A DNA stretch of 64,000 bases from an uncultured Gammaproteobacteria bacterium (GCA_964394645.1 CAYMYC010000002.1:28105-92104); one strand, 5' to 3'. Positions 9,135 to 18,591 are shown, counted from the stretch's first letter. The notes: generated by a model from the letters alone, not told the origin. A program made the numbers and translations.

Positions 9135-9832
9135 ATACACGAAAACTACTTTTTATAGGAATTAGTATAACAGCGGTTATTATCATACTGTTTTTGTTTT
9201 TAATCTTCTCCTTTAAGGGAAACTCTCCTGTAACAAACCTGCCCACCCCTTCCATAGGGGTGACAGGAGTAACAACTCCAAGTGTCTTGGGATTTCAACT
9301 AACTTCAAGCACTCCTCAAAACAAAGCAGTGGGTGTACAACTAAACACTCCAATATCTTTTTTGTTTAATAAAGAGGTAGGAAATGCAACCGCAACCATA
9401 ACACCAACCACTAATATTTCTACTACCTTTTCCGGAAGAGCTGTTATCATTAAGCCCAGTACAAATCTTTCACCCTCCACACAGTATGTAGTAGTTCTTG
9501 AGGTAAATTCTCAATCCTTCTTTTTAACTTTTACAACCCAGGGACCTACTCCCACCATAGGACAAAACACGAGACCCATTGACCAGGTAGATACGGAACA
9601 AGAAATTCTCAAACAAACCCATCCCGATGTATTCTTATCTAACTACACGCCCCATACTAGTAGTACCATTTCTATTACTAGCGCATACATCTCAGGTAAT
9701 CCAGGGCACTTCCAATTTACTGTTTCTTCGAGGGGAAATGCAGTGTCTGCAACTGCTGAGTTTCAATCTTGGGCACAGCAAAAAGGATTAAATAACTCCC
9801 AGGTGGCATCACTCGACGTTGTCTACAAATAA
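9131..9832 (+). CDS. Membrane-anchored Ig-like (Big/SbsA-like) domain protein
   Basis: There is an ATGA start/stop overlap with the CHAP gene. The N-terminal TM helix is followed by a beta-rich Ig-like region (VGVQLNTPISFLFNKEVGNATATITPTTN...YVVVLEV). Confidence 0.4.
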   Translation: MNTRKLLFIGISITAVIIILFLFLIFSFKGNSPVTNLPTPSIGVTGVTTPSVLGFQLTSSTPQNKAVGVQLNTPISFLFNKEVGNATATITPTTNISTTFSGRAVIIKPSTNLSPSTQYVVVLEVNSQSFFLTFTTQGPTPTIGQNTRPIDQVDTEQEILKQTHPDVFLSNYTPHTSSTISITSAYISGNPGHFQFTVSSRGNAVSATAEFQSWAQQKGLNNSQVASLDVVYK

Positions 9833-9834
9833 AC

Positions 9835-10935
9835 CTACTCCTGAACGCGGACTGGCATAATAACGTGGAAAAAGTCCGGATCATCATCTGTTGTAAAAAG
9901 CGCAGGCTCAAATGGACTATTTATTTGAAGTGTTATTGTTTTTCCTTCTACGGCACGCAGAAAATCAAGTAAAAATTTGACGTTAAACGCAATGTGATTA
10001 TCATCTCCTACTTGTTCACCGTCAATTTTTGATTCTGCTTCTCCCAAACTTGAGGAGTCAACCTGTAGATGAAGTGCTCCTAGCGCAATGTTGCAGTTTA
10101 TAATGTTTGCGTTTTCTCGGGCAAAAACGGATGTTACCTTCAACAATCGTAATAATTCTTCCCTATCGAGTCTTATACTGGTCTTAAGCTCCTTCGGAAT
10201 AACTTTTTCATAATCAGGGTATTGCCCTTCAATCAGTCTCCCAACCAGCAGCGCTCCTCCTGATTCCAAAATCGCCTGGTTCCCTGTTTTATGAATATAT
10301 AAAAAAATGTTTTGCCCCTTAAGACTTAGACCTTCACTTATCAGTCTTTCCGAAACAATCATTCCCTCAGCCATCTGCGTAACGCCGGTGTCCTTTACTC
10401 TTTTTAGTGAAAGCCTATATCCATCAGTTGCAACATAATCAATGCTTCCTTCTTTTTTAACCACATAAATCCCCGTCAGGTGCGGGCGAGATTCGTCTTG
10501 GGACACTGCAAAAATGAGCTTGCTGAAGACGTTTTTAAATTGAGAGTAGGTATATTCCCCCACTTTATCCCCTTTTTCTTCATATAGTCTTGGGAACTCA
10601 TCACGAGGCAGTGCTTGAAACTTAAATGACCCGCTTCCCGCGGTTAAAACCACTTGATCCTTCTGCTGTTTTATCTTCGCCTTCTCATGTGTGAGAGAGG
10701 AAAGTATTTCAACAAACTGCCGACCTGGAACGAGTACTCCTCCGACCCCCTCTATCTTAGAGGGAATACTTATGCGCACACCAAACTCCAAGTCTGTTGC
10801 TGATAGTGCAAATTCCGATGTTGTAGTCTCCAGAAGAACACTGGATAATATGGGTATCTGTGAATGGGCTGGAACGATCTTTCCTAAAAGAGATAAATAC
10901 TCCGTTATGTTTTCAGTTAAAAAATCTACTTCCAT
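9835..10935 (-). CDS. dnaN: DNA polymerase III beta sliding clamp
   Basis: It is 366 aa, the N-terminus is MEVDFLT...ILSSVLLE...LSATDLEF, and the three-domain length and position downstream of dnaA fit. Confidence 0.9.
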   Translation of the reverse strand: MEVDFLTENITEYLSLLGKIVPAHSQIPILSSVLLETTTSEFALSATDLEFGVRISIPSKIEGVGGVLVPGRQFVEILSSLTHEKAKIKQQKDQVVLTAGSGSFKFQALPRDEFPRLYEEKGDKVGEYTYSQFKNVFSKLIFAVSQDESRPHLTGIYVVKKEGSIDYVATDGYRLSLKRVKDTGVTQMAEGMIVSERLISEGLSLKGQNIFLYIHKTGNQAILESGGALLVGRLIEGQYPDYEKVIPKELKTSIRLDREELLRLLKVTSVFARENANIINCNIALGALHLQVDSSSLGEAESKIDGEQVGDDNHIAFNVKFLLDFLRAVEGKTITLQINSPFEPALFTTDDDPDFFHVIMPVRVQE

Positions 10936-11113
10936 AATATGTTTTTAAATAGTAGTAGCAGTAGTATAGTAGGACAAGTGTAAAAAAGCAAACAGACGTG
11001 CGTAAGAAAATGTGGATAACTTATGGATTACTTTGTGCACAGAATGTTTATATCTTAGAAAAACGTTTTTTGTTATAGTTATCCCCCACCTTTTTCCCAT
11101 CCGACACCACCAC
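10936..11113. promoter_or_regulatory. dnaA-dnaN intergenic oriC-like region with DnaA boxes
   Basis: A perfect TGTGGATAA (reverse complement of TTATCCACA) lies at 11011..11019. An adjacent TTATGGATTA sits at 11021..11030 and TTATCCCCCA at 11079..11088. AT-rich stretches and a TAGTAG-type microrepeat lie at 10950..10973. Confidence 0.5.
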
Positions 11114-12436
11114 TTATCCCGCAAGTAGCTTTCTTAAATGCATTACTTCTTCTTTGAGGCGATCTTCGCGGGTCATTCCTTCCGCCATTTTATCCACACC
11201 GTGCATAACGGTTGTATGGTCCCGCCCGCCCAACAAATTTCCAATCTCTTTAAATGAAAGCCGCAAGTCTTGTTTTAATAGATACATGCAGATTTGTCTT
11301 GGTTTAACGAATATTGCGTCTCTTCGGTCTCCCTTGAGTTGAGTCGACTTAATATTGTAAAAGTTGCACACTGCGTCAACAACCGTGTCTGGATGGAGAA
11401 ATTTTTCTTTCTCCTGTTTTTCTCCTAGCAAGCGAAATACATCAGACCTTGTAATAGGTCCTGATTTTGCTATCTCTACGGTTGCGAGCTTTAATAAAAA
11501 CCCTTCAAGCGCCCGAGTGTTTTCTATTCTTTCGGCAATCATTTTTGCAAGCTCAGGGTCTAGTTCATTTCCTCTCTTCCTACTTTTAAGCATAAGGATT
11601 GCGGTTCTTAACTCAAAATCAGGGGGTTGTATGTCTACCGTTAGTCCCCCTTCAAACCGCGATGCAAGTCTGGCTTCTATTTTTTTTATTTCAGAAGGGG
11701 GTCTGTCTGAGGAGAAAACAATTTGTCCCCCCCCATCAATAAGTGCGTTAAAGGTGTGGAACAATTCTTCTTGGACCTTTTCTTTTCCCGCCAGAAATTG
11801 AATATCGTCAAGAAGCAGAAGATTTGTGTGTCTAAATTTTTTCCGAATATTTTGCGTTGACTTATTCATAATAGCCTCGACCACTTCATTTGTGAACTCT
11901 TCGGTTGTGAGGTATAAGATGTGTGCTTGTGGGTTTTTTTCAAGAACAGTGTTTGCTATAGCATGCATAAGATGCGTTTTTCCAACACCTACATCTCCGT
12001 AGATAAAGAGAGGGTTATATTTTTTCCCAGGGTTTTCAGCTACTGTCATTGATGCAGTGTAGGCAAGTTGGTTTGAGTCAGAAACAGCAAGGGATGAGAA
12101 TTGGTATTCTTTTTTTATCCTTGGGTTGACTACTCTTTCTAGCTCTGGTTGTCTGATTGTGAAAAGTGGACCCTCATCTTTTTTTATCAGGTTTTTAGCT
12201 TTCGTATATGTGAAGATAATACTTGTGCTTGCTCCTGCTCTTTTATCAAAAATAGATTTTATGAGAGGTAAGTATTTCTTTTCAAGTTGGTCAGCTATTA
12301 TGAAAGTGGGAACAGAAATTGTTGCGACATTGTTTTCAAACGAAACAAGCTCTGTATGTTTGAAGAATGTTAAAAACGTTCCTTTAGATACATCAATTTG
12401 TATTTCAGAAAGAATTTGTGTCCATAAGTCATCCAT
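11114..12436 (-). CDS. dnaA: Chromosomal replication initiator DnaA
   Basis: Walker A GDVGVGKTHLMHAIAN, the AAA+ box and the C-terminal DNA-binding helix (DHTTVMH) are present. The ORF track start at 12454 is a TTG, and the first ATG at 12436 gives MDDLW. Confidence 0.9.
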   Translation of the reverse strand: MDDLWTQILSEIQIDVSKGTFLTFFKHTELVSFENNVATISVPTFIIADQLEKKYLPLIKSIFDKRAGASTSIIFTYTKAKNLIKKDEGPLFTIRQPELERVVNPRIKKEYQFSSLAVSDSNQLAYTASMTVAENPGKKYNPLFIYGDVGVGKTHLMHAIANTVLEKNPQAHILYLTTEEFTNEVVEAIMNKSTQNIRKKFRHTNLLLLDDIQFLAGKEKVQEELFHTFNALIDGGGQIVFSSDRPPSEIKKIEARLASRFEGGLTVDIQPPDFELRTAILMLKSRKRGNELDPELAKMIAERIENTRALEGFLLKLATVEIAKSGPITRSDVFRLLGEKQEKEKFLHPDTVVDAVCNFYNIKSTQLKGDRRDAIFVKPRQICMYLLKQDLRLSFKEIGNLLGGRDHTTVMHGVDKMAEGMTREDRLKEEVMHLRKLLAG

Positions 12437-12472
12437 ATTTATATAAGGCAACAAGAGTTAAAAGTATAGTTA

Positions 12473-12481
12473 TGTGGATAA
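12473..12481. promoter_or_regulatory. Consensus DnaA box (TGTGGATAA) 37 nt upstream of the dnaA start. It probably marks the autoregulatory, upstream half of a bipartite origin.
   Basis: Exact 9-mer seen in the sequence. Confidence 0.5.
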
Positions 12482-12589
12482 CTTTCTGTCAAGGGTTAAT
12501 TTATGTTGATTTATGAATATAATGTAAGAGTTCTTCTTTTGCACAAAATCCTATTGACTCGGGATGGCATTTTTGGTTTACTAGTAACC

Positions 12590-13348
12590 ATGCCGGCACG
12601 CAAGAAAACATCCAAAGAGAAACTTTCAAAAAAGCTTCCCCGTAAATTTACTCAGCAGCAAATTCTTTACGCGCTTCTTTTAGTTGCTACATTTTTAGTG
12701 GGTTATCTTTTTGCGACAGTACAGGCATTAAAAGATGCTCCTCAGAAAACAGCAGCAGTTGAGACTCAACAGCCTGGCGCTCAACCGACAACTGATCCAA
12801 ATAAGAAATTTGATGTAGCGGTTGGTCACTTTCCAATTTTGGGAGATGAGAAGGCAAAAGTGACAATTGTTGCATTCGCAGACTTCAGATGTCCTTTCTG
12901 TGAGCGCTTCTTTACCGAAGTAGAGCCTCAAATAATGAAAGACTATGTTGATACGGGAAAAGTAAAATTTGCCTTTCGCCATTATGCATTCTTAGGCTCC
13001 GCATCTACAATTGCGTCTCATGCTGTAGAATGTGCAAATGAACAAGGTAAATTTTGGGATATGTATAAATACCTCTACGAGAATCAACCCCCAGAAACAG
13101 ATACTACTATGTATAATTCTGATACACTGTCTCAAGCAGCCGGTAATTTGGGGATGAATGCTGAGCAATTCAAGGGCTGCATAGACACCGCAAAGTATCA
13201 GAAGAATATAGAAGAGGATATGGCGGATGGTCAAAAAGCCGAAGTGTCTGCTACCCCAACATTTTTTGTTAATGGAAAGATGATTTTGGGAGCACAACCT
13301 TACGAGAATTTTAAGACTGCTATTGAGGAAGCACTAGCAGGAAAGTAG
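12590..13348 (+). CDS. DsbA-family thiol:disulfide oxidoreductase, membrane-anchored
   Basis: It has the CPFC active site (DFRCPFCERF), a thioredoxin-fold length and an N-terminal TM helix. The ORF track's 12503 start adds an unlikely 29-aa extension. Confidence 0.7.
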   Translation: MPARKKTSKEKLSKKLPRKFTQQQILYALLLVATFLVGYLFATVQALKDAPQKTAAVETQQPGAQPTTDPNKKFDVAVGHFPILGDEKAKVTIVAFADFRCPFCERFFTEVEPQIMKDYVDTGKVKFAFRHYAFLGSASTIASHAVECANEQGKFWDMYKYLYENQPPETDTTMYNSDTLSQAAGNLGMNAEQFKGCIDTAKYQKNIEEDMADGQKAEVSATPTFFVNGKMILGAQPYENFKTAIEEALAGK

Positions 13349-13360
13349 TTTTTCTATTCC

Positions 13361-14203
13361 TCAACTCTGGCAGTTCTCACATAAAAACGTTCCCCTTCCA
13401 GCGATTGTAATTCTTTTAATGACCGCTTTACACATGGGACATTTTTCTCCAGTTTTTCCATACACGAGCGTATGTCTTTGGTAGTTTCCCTCCTGTCCAA
13501 GTGCGTTTACAAAAGAAAGCTCTGATGCGCCTCCCTCCTTAAAGCTTTTTTCCATGACTGAAATAATGGCCCTATAAAGAGTTGTTGTTTCAGTTGAAGT
13601 TAGACTCTTTGCCTGTCTTTTTGGGTTAATTTTGGCTTTGAAAAGTGCATCATTTGCATAAATGTTGCCTATCCCTCCTATTTTTGTTTGATCCATGAGG
13701 AGGGGTTTAATTTTGGTTGTTTTGTTTTTTAAAATATTCTCAAAGCGTGCAAGAGTGAGATCTTTAAACGGTTCGGGACCCATATTTTTAAAAAATGAAA
13801 GCTCCATGATGTCTTCCGTTTTTAAAATTTTAATCCACCCGAATCGTCTTTGGTCGTTATAGTACAGTTTTGCTTGTCTATCCAGATCAAAAATTATATG
13901 CGTGAACTTATTTGGAACTGTTCCTACTTTATATTTTGATATTGGCATATTGTGTGTTTCTATCCCTTGGTAGATAAGCTGTCCTGTGAGTTTGATGTGA
14001 ATTGCAAGCGAATAATTATTTGAAAGATCAATTATTAGTCCCTTTCCTATTCTCCGAACCGTTATAACTTTTTGTTTCAGTATTGCTTTTGTATCCCCAA
14101 AGAGAACGCCAGAATGCAAAATTTCAACATTATTTATTGTATGTCCTACTAGATACTTCTCTAGTCCTCGTCTTATGGTTTCAACTTCTGGAAGCTCTGG
14201 CAT
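13361..14203 (-). CDS. mutM: Formamidopyrimidine-DNA glycosylase (Fpg/MutM/Nei family)
   Basis: The N-terminal MPELPEVE catalytic Pro2/Glu3 motif and the C-terminal zinc finger CPMC...CENC are present. Confidence 0.8.
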   Translation of the reverse strand: MPELPEVETIRRGLEKYLVGHTINNVEILHSGVLFGDTKAILKQKVITVRRIGKGLIIDLSNNYSLAIHIKLTGQLIYQGIETHNMPISKYKVGTVPNKFTHIIFDLDRQAKLYYNDQRRFGWIKILKTEDIMELSFFKNMGPEPFKDLTLARFENILKNKTTKIKPLLMDQTKIGGIGNIYANDALFKAKINPKRQAKSLTSTETTTLYRAIISVMEKSFKEGGASELSFVNALGQEGNYQRHTLVYGKTGEKCPMCKAVIKRITIAGRGTFLCENCQS

Positions 14204-14218
14204 GGTATATATTAAGAT

Positions 14219-15352
14219 TCAAGAATGAACAGCTTTTTGAATAAGTGTTTTTATTTTTGAATCAAAAATTGAAGGCATGAATTTCTTTGCTTGAGTTATG
14301 CAAGAACTGGCGCTTATGTTGATCTTTTCAAATTTCAATAAAGCAGAGTTTAAGGCATCAGGCGTGTTTGATTCATAGAACACTCCAGTTTTTCGATCAA
14401 TAACGGTTTCCTGCACCCCCCCGGACCTATATGCTATAACTGGTGTTCCCTGTCCCATTGCCTCAACAGGCGTGATTCCGAAATCCTCATCAAAAGAAGC
14501 AAATATAAACGCCCGGGCATTTTTCATAAGATTTAATTTTTCCTCGTCCGTTACTTCTCCTACAAACTCTATGTTGAGCGTTCCACCCTCCGTCCGCGCA
14601 CTGTTTAGTAATTCTTCCTCAAAGCCCGCAAACCCTTTCCCAAATATCTTAAGAGGCTTTTTGTTTTTTAGAAAAGCTTTAATGATGATATCAGTACCTT
14701 TGGCGCGCGCTAGTCTTCCTCCGGTAAGATAGTAGTCTTTTTTAGCCTGCTTTTTTTGGGGTTTTAGTGTTGTGCTAAGTGGAGTTGCTACTGGCGGGTA
14801 GACAACAATTGCGTCTTTTCTGTAAAACTTTTTAATGCGTGACGCCACTTCTTGCGAGTTTGCTATAAATTGGTCGACATTTTTTGATGAGTTGAAATCA
14901 AATATTCGTAGAAAATGATTTAGAACACTTCCTACGATGAGTTTAAATCTATTGTTTCTCCAATTCCTGGCTGTCATATAGCCATATAAATATCTGGGTG
15001 GCGTATGTGTATAGCAGATAATTTTCGCATTACCTTTTTGGACTAAATTTGGAAAATAGGCGCCTGTTTGGGAGACAAGTATGACATCATAAGATGAAAG
15101 GTTCATTCCCATAAAAACAAAGGGTGCGAGTAGACGAAACGGTGAGATTAATTTTTCTTTAAAAGGAAAGTATTGAAGGACAGACGTATGAATTTTATAG
15201 CTTTTAAAGCGGTTTTTATGTGGACCTAAATATTTAGGCAAGTAGACTGAAGTATAGATTTCAGCGCTTGGAAAAATGTTTAAAAACTCCTCTAATACCC
15301 GCTCTGCTCCACCGAATTCTTTTATGTAGTCATGAACAATTGCGATCTTCAT
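14219..15352 (-). CDS. Glycosyltransferase family 4 (GT-B, group 1)
   Basis: There is an EFGGAERV-type N-terminus, and the C-terminal GT1 region (GTPVIAYRSGG...E) carries the EX7E-like motif. Confidence 0.65.
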   Translation of the reverse strand: MKIAIVHDYIKEFGGAERVLEEFLNIFPSAEIYTSVYLPKYLGPHKNRFKSYKIHTSVLQYFPFKEKLISPFRLLAPFVFMGMNLSSYDVILVSQTGAYFPNLVQKGNAKIICYTHTPPRYLYGYMTARNWRNNRFKLIVGSVLNHFLRIFDFNSSKNVDQFIANSQEVASRIKKFYRKDAIVVYPPVATPLSTTLKPQKKQAKKDYYLTGGRLARAKGTDIIIKAFLKNKKPLKIFGKGFAGFEEELLNSARTEGGTLNIEFVGEVTDEEKLNLMKNARAFIFASFDEDFGITPVEAMGQGTPVIAYRSGGVQETVIDRKTGVFYESNTPDALNSALLKFEKINISASSCITQAKKFMPSIFDSKIKTLIQKAVHS

Positions 15353-15372
15353 TAATAAATATGCTTAAGTAT

Positions 15373-16344
15373 CTATATTAATTTCATTTGAGAGTTATTA
15401 TTTTTTTCATTTCTTCCTTTGCTTTTTTTAGATCCTGAGTCTGTCGAATCTATCCCAAAAGCCTCGTTTAATCTTTTTGGAAGAGTTTTGAAGCTATAAG
15501 ATTCAAATGCTTTTCGCCAATCTTCAAGGGAGATATTCTCTGCCCTACAATCGTTATAATTATACTCAAATGGTACATTTTTAAGAATAGTTGCTAGCTG
15601 ATGTGCGAGAATTGCATGATTGTGACCTGCTGTTAACTTATCGGCAAGCTTTGGGTTTTTGGTTCTGATAGCCTCTAGATTTTTATATATGTTTTCAACG
15701 CTTTTATATGATTGAATGAGTCCTGCTGCAGTTTTAGGTCCAACTCCTGAAACTCCGGGGTAATTATCTGACGCATCTCCCTGAAGTGCTTTTAATTCTA
15801 CGATTTGAGTAGGAAGTACCCCAAATTGTTCCACGACGCGATCTTCGTCAAAGAGTTTCATTTCTGAAATTCCCTTAATAGGTACAAGTACTTTTGTTCT
15901 CTTGTCTACTAATTGCATCATGTCTCTGTCTCCTGTCACAATATACGAGATATCTCCTGCCTGTTCTGCCTTGTCTGCTAATGTTCCAATAATATCATCC
16001 GCTTCAAATCCATCCATGAAATACACGGGTATGCGCGCAATTGTTAGAATATTCTGGATTATTTCAAATTGTGGTGAAAGATCAGATTCCATGCTAGGGC
16101 GTTGAGATTGATACTCTTTATAGAGTTCCTTTCTAAAGTTTGGTTTTGGTCTATCAAAGGCGACTGCTACGTGTGACGGATGCAATTCTTGCATAAGCTT
16201 TAAAAGCATTGAGAAGAATCCGTGAACTGCTCCTGTGGGTATTCCATCAGGCGTGGTAAGAGAAGGCATTGCGTGATAAGCACGATGTACGATAGCGGAA
16301 CCATCAATTACAAGGAAAATATTTTTTTTAAGATCTTTTTCCAT
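15373..16344 (-). CDS. Stand-alone 5'-3' exonuclease / flap endonuclease (Pol I N-terminal domain homologue)
   Basis: LVIDGSAIVHRAYHA and the helix-hairpin-helix region GVSGVGPKTAAGLI are present. It is 323 aa with no polymerase domain. Confidence 0.75.
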   Translation of the reverse strand: MEKDLKKNIFLVIDGSAIVHRAYHAMPSLTTPDGIPTGAVHGFFSMLLKLMQELHPSHVAVAFDRPKPNFRKELYKEYQSQRPSMESDLSPQFEIIQNILTIARIPVYFMDGFEADDIIGTLADKAEQAGDISYIVTGDRDMMQLVDKRTKVLVPIKGISEMKLFDEDRVVEQFGVLPTQIVELKALQGDASDNYPGVSGVGPKTAAGLIQSYKSVENIYKNLEAIRTKNPKLADKLTAGHNHAILAHQLATILKNVPFEYNYNDCRAENISLEDWRKAFESYSFKTLPKRLNEAFGIDSTDSGSKKSKGRNEKNNNSQMKLI

Positions 16345-16391
16345 GTGGAATTATTCTAGTGTGATTTTTAAAAACATGCAAGACAGAATAA

Positions 16392-18278
16392 TTATTTTTT
16401 AGCCTTTGATATAGTCTTTTTTTTGGAGGGTGCGGGATTTTTTGCGGACATAATTTTTATAAACTCTTCTCCCTCAAGTGTTTCCTTTGTGAGGAGTGTT
16501 TTTGCTACTTCATCTAGTTTTTTCCTATTTTCCTTGAGAACCTTTAACGCTTTAGCATGAGCATCTGAAATTATTTTCGCAACCTCCCTATCAATTTTTC
16601 TTTGCATCTCCTCTGAGATTCCATAGTCTTCTCCATATGCGCGTGAACGTTCCCTGTCAAAGTTAATAGGTCCTAGCGCACTCATTCCATAATCTACCAC
16701 CATGGTACGTGCTAGCATTGATGCCTTTTCAATGTCATCAGATGCTCCTGTTGTGATCTCTCCGAATACAACTTCCTCTGCGGTTCTTCCTCCAAGCATG
16801 GTTGCGGCTTGCGCCAACAATCTGGATTTCGTTTCATGTACGCGATCCTGCATGGGCGGGATCATAGTGTGTCCTAGTGACAATCCGCGACCGACAATGG
16901 ATATTTTATGAACCGGGTCCATGTGCGGCATGGAGAATGAGACAATTGCATGACCGCCTTCATGGTATGCAGTGATTCTTCTGTCTTCATCTGACTGTAG
17001 CCGTTTTTTCTCTGGACCAAGTTTTACTTTAGTTGCTGCTTCCTCAAGATCATGCTCATCAATTATCTTTTTATTTAATCTAGCCGTAAGAATTGCTGCT
17101 TCGTTTAACATATTCTCAAGATCTGCTCCTGAGAATCCAACTGTTCGACGTGCTATTTTTTCCCAATCAACATTTTTTTCAAACGGTTTACCCTTCGCGT
17201 GAATAGATAAAATCTCTTTTCTTCCGACAATATCAGGTAGCGGAAGAACTACGCGTCTATCAAATCGTCCTGGACGAACAAGTGCAGGATCCAATACGTC
17301 TGATCTGTTTGTGGCTGCCATGACAACAAGTTGTTCATTTGGGGTAAATCCATCCATCTCTACTAATATTTGGTTTAATGTTTGCTCTCTCTCATCATGT
17401 CCTCCCATAATACCTGCTCCCCGCTGTCTTCCTATTGCGTCTATTTCATCTATAAAAATAATTGCGGGTTGAGACTTTTTGGCTGTCGCAAAAAGATCCC
17501 TGGCGCGCGCGGCTCCTACTCCCACAAGCATTTCCATAAATTCAGATCCTGCAATTGAAAAAAATGCAACCTGAGCTTCTCCCGCGACTGCGCGCGCTAA
17601 AAGTGTTTTTCCGGTTCCGGAAGGACCCACCAGAAGTACGCCTTTTGGTGCGCGAGCGCCAACAGCTTTATATTTTTCTGGATGCTTTAAAAAGTCAACA
17701 ATTTCTGACAGCTCTTGTTTTGCCTCATCTGCTCCTGCTACCTGATCAAATGTAACTTTAGGAAAGTCCTTGTTAAACGCTTTTGCTTTGCTTGAGCCGA
17801 AAGAGAAGATATTTTCTTGTGCTCCACGAGCCTGTCTGAAGATAAAGTAAAAAAACGCAATCATTAAAACTATAGGAAGTACACCTGATAGAATATTTAC
17901 CCATAAAGATACAGAGCTGCTGTCTTTTATGGTTATGTTAACGCTTTCAGGGTTAATGTTTGAGTTTTTTAACACCTCATATATAGAAGCTGAACTTTCT
18001 TTGTCTGCTTGAGCCTTGCGACCGTCTTTATAGATAATATCGAGTTTATTTGTGCTGACAGATATAGTAGATACTTCTTTTGCCCTAATATCTTTAAGAG
18101 CCCGAGTGAGCGAGATGCTCTTAGATTCTTGTCTTGCTGCAAAATCTCCAATTCCAATACTAATAAATATGAAAAACAAAAAAACAAATGAGTACAAGAT
18201 TATATCTTTCCAGGACAACCGTAGGGAGAACCTCCTTTTTTTGCCCTGTTTTTTATTAGATGCTGAGATTTGTTTCAT
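16392..18278 (-). CDS. ftsH: ATP-dependent zinc metalloprotease FtsH
   Basis: The AAA Walker A GPSGTGKTLLARAVAGEA, the SRH motif and the zinc-binding HEGGHA are present, with an N-terminal TM helix. Confidence 0.9.
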   Translation of the reverse strand: MKQISASNKKQGKKRRFSLRLSWKDIILYSFVFLFFIFISIGIGDFAARQESKSISLTRALKDIRAKEVSTISVSTNKLDIIYKDGRKAQADKESSASIYEVLKNSNINPESVNITIKDSSSVSLWVNILSGVLPIVLMIAFFYFIFRQARGAQENIFSFGSSKAKAFNKDFPKVTFDQVAGADEAKQELSEIVDFLKHPEKYKAVGARAPKGVLLVGPSGTGKTLLARAVAGEAQVAFFSIAGSEFMEMLVGVGAARARDLFATAKKSQPAIIFIDEIDAIGRQRGAGIMGGHDEREQTLNQILVEMDGFTPNEQLVVMAATNRSDVLDPALVRPGRFDRRVVLPLPDIVGRKEILSIHAKGKPFEKNVDWEKIARRTVGFSGADLENMLNEAAILTARLNKKIIDEHDLEEAATKVKLGPEKKRLQSDEDRRITAYHEGGHAIVSFSMPHMDPVHKISIVGRGLSLGHTMIPPMQDRVHETKSRLLAQAATMLGGRTAEEVVFGEITTGASDDIEKASMLARTMVVDYGMSALGPINFDRERSRAYGEDYGISEEMQRKIDREVAKIISDAHAKALKVLKENRKKLDEVAKTLLTKETLEGEEFIKIMSAKNPAPSKKKTISKAKK

Positions 18279-18348
18279 GTCGTGTAGAATAACGAATTAT
18301 ATCACAATTCTGCCTCAGTTTGTATGAACTTGTGATAATAGTTGAAAA

Positions 18349-18591
18349 TTACGAAAGTGGTTGATACCCTTTTCCTCCAAGGGGATTACAGGAGGCAATT
18401 CTTCTAAGTCCAATAAGAAGTCCCTTTAACGATCCATATTTTTCAATAGCCTGATATGTGTAGTCAGAACATGTAGGTGTGTATCTACAGGAGGAATAAA
18501 CGGGAAAGATTGTTCCTAGGATATTTGCACGGTAAGGCGCACTTTTCTGATAGATGAGAATAAGTTTTAAGAATACAGACTTCATAGACAA
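18349..18591 (-). CDS. yidD: Membrane protein insertion efficiency factor YidD
   Basis: 80 aa. CRYTPTCSDYTYQAIEKYG ... CNPLGGKGYQP matches the YidD pattern. Confidence 0.7.
   Translation of the reverse strand: MSMKSVFLKLILIYQKSAPYRANILGTIFPVYSSCRYTPTCSDYTYQAIEKYGSLKGLLIGLRRIASCNPLGGKGYQPLS

Noticed and set aside
12437-12454. ORF track dnaA start at 12454 (TTG), and similar TTG/ATG-extended starts for 1528, 12503, 21981, 28895, 44230 and 55866
   Set aside because: The upstream extensions add non-conserved residues, overlap tRNAs or promoters, or begin at TTG. Internal ATG codons giving canonical N-termini (MDDLW for DnaA, MQDRPIG for MurI, MAQREK for L25, MKERIKK for PBP) were preferred.
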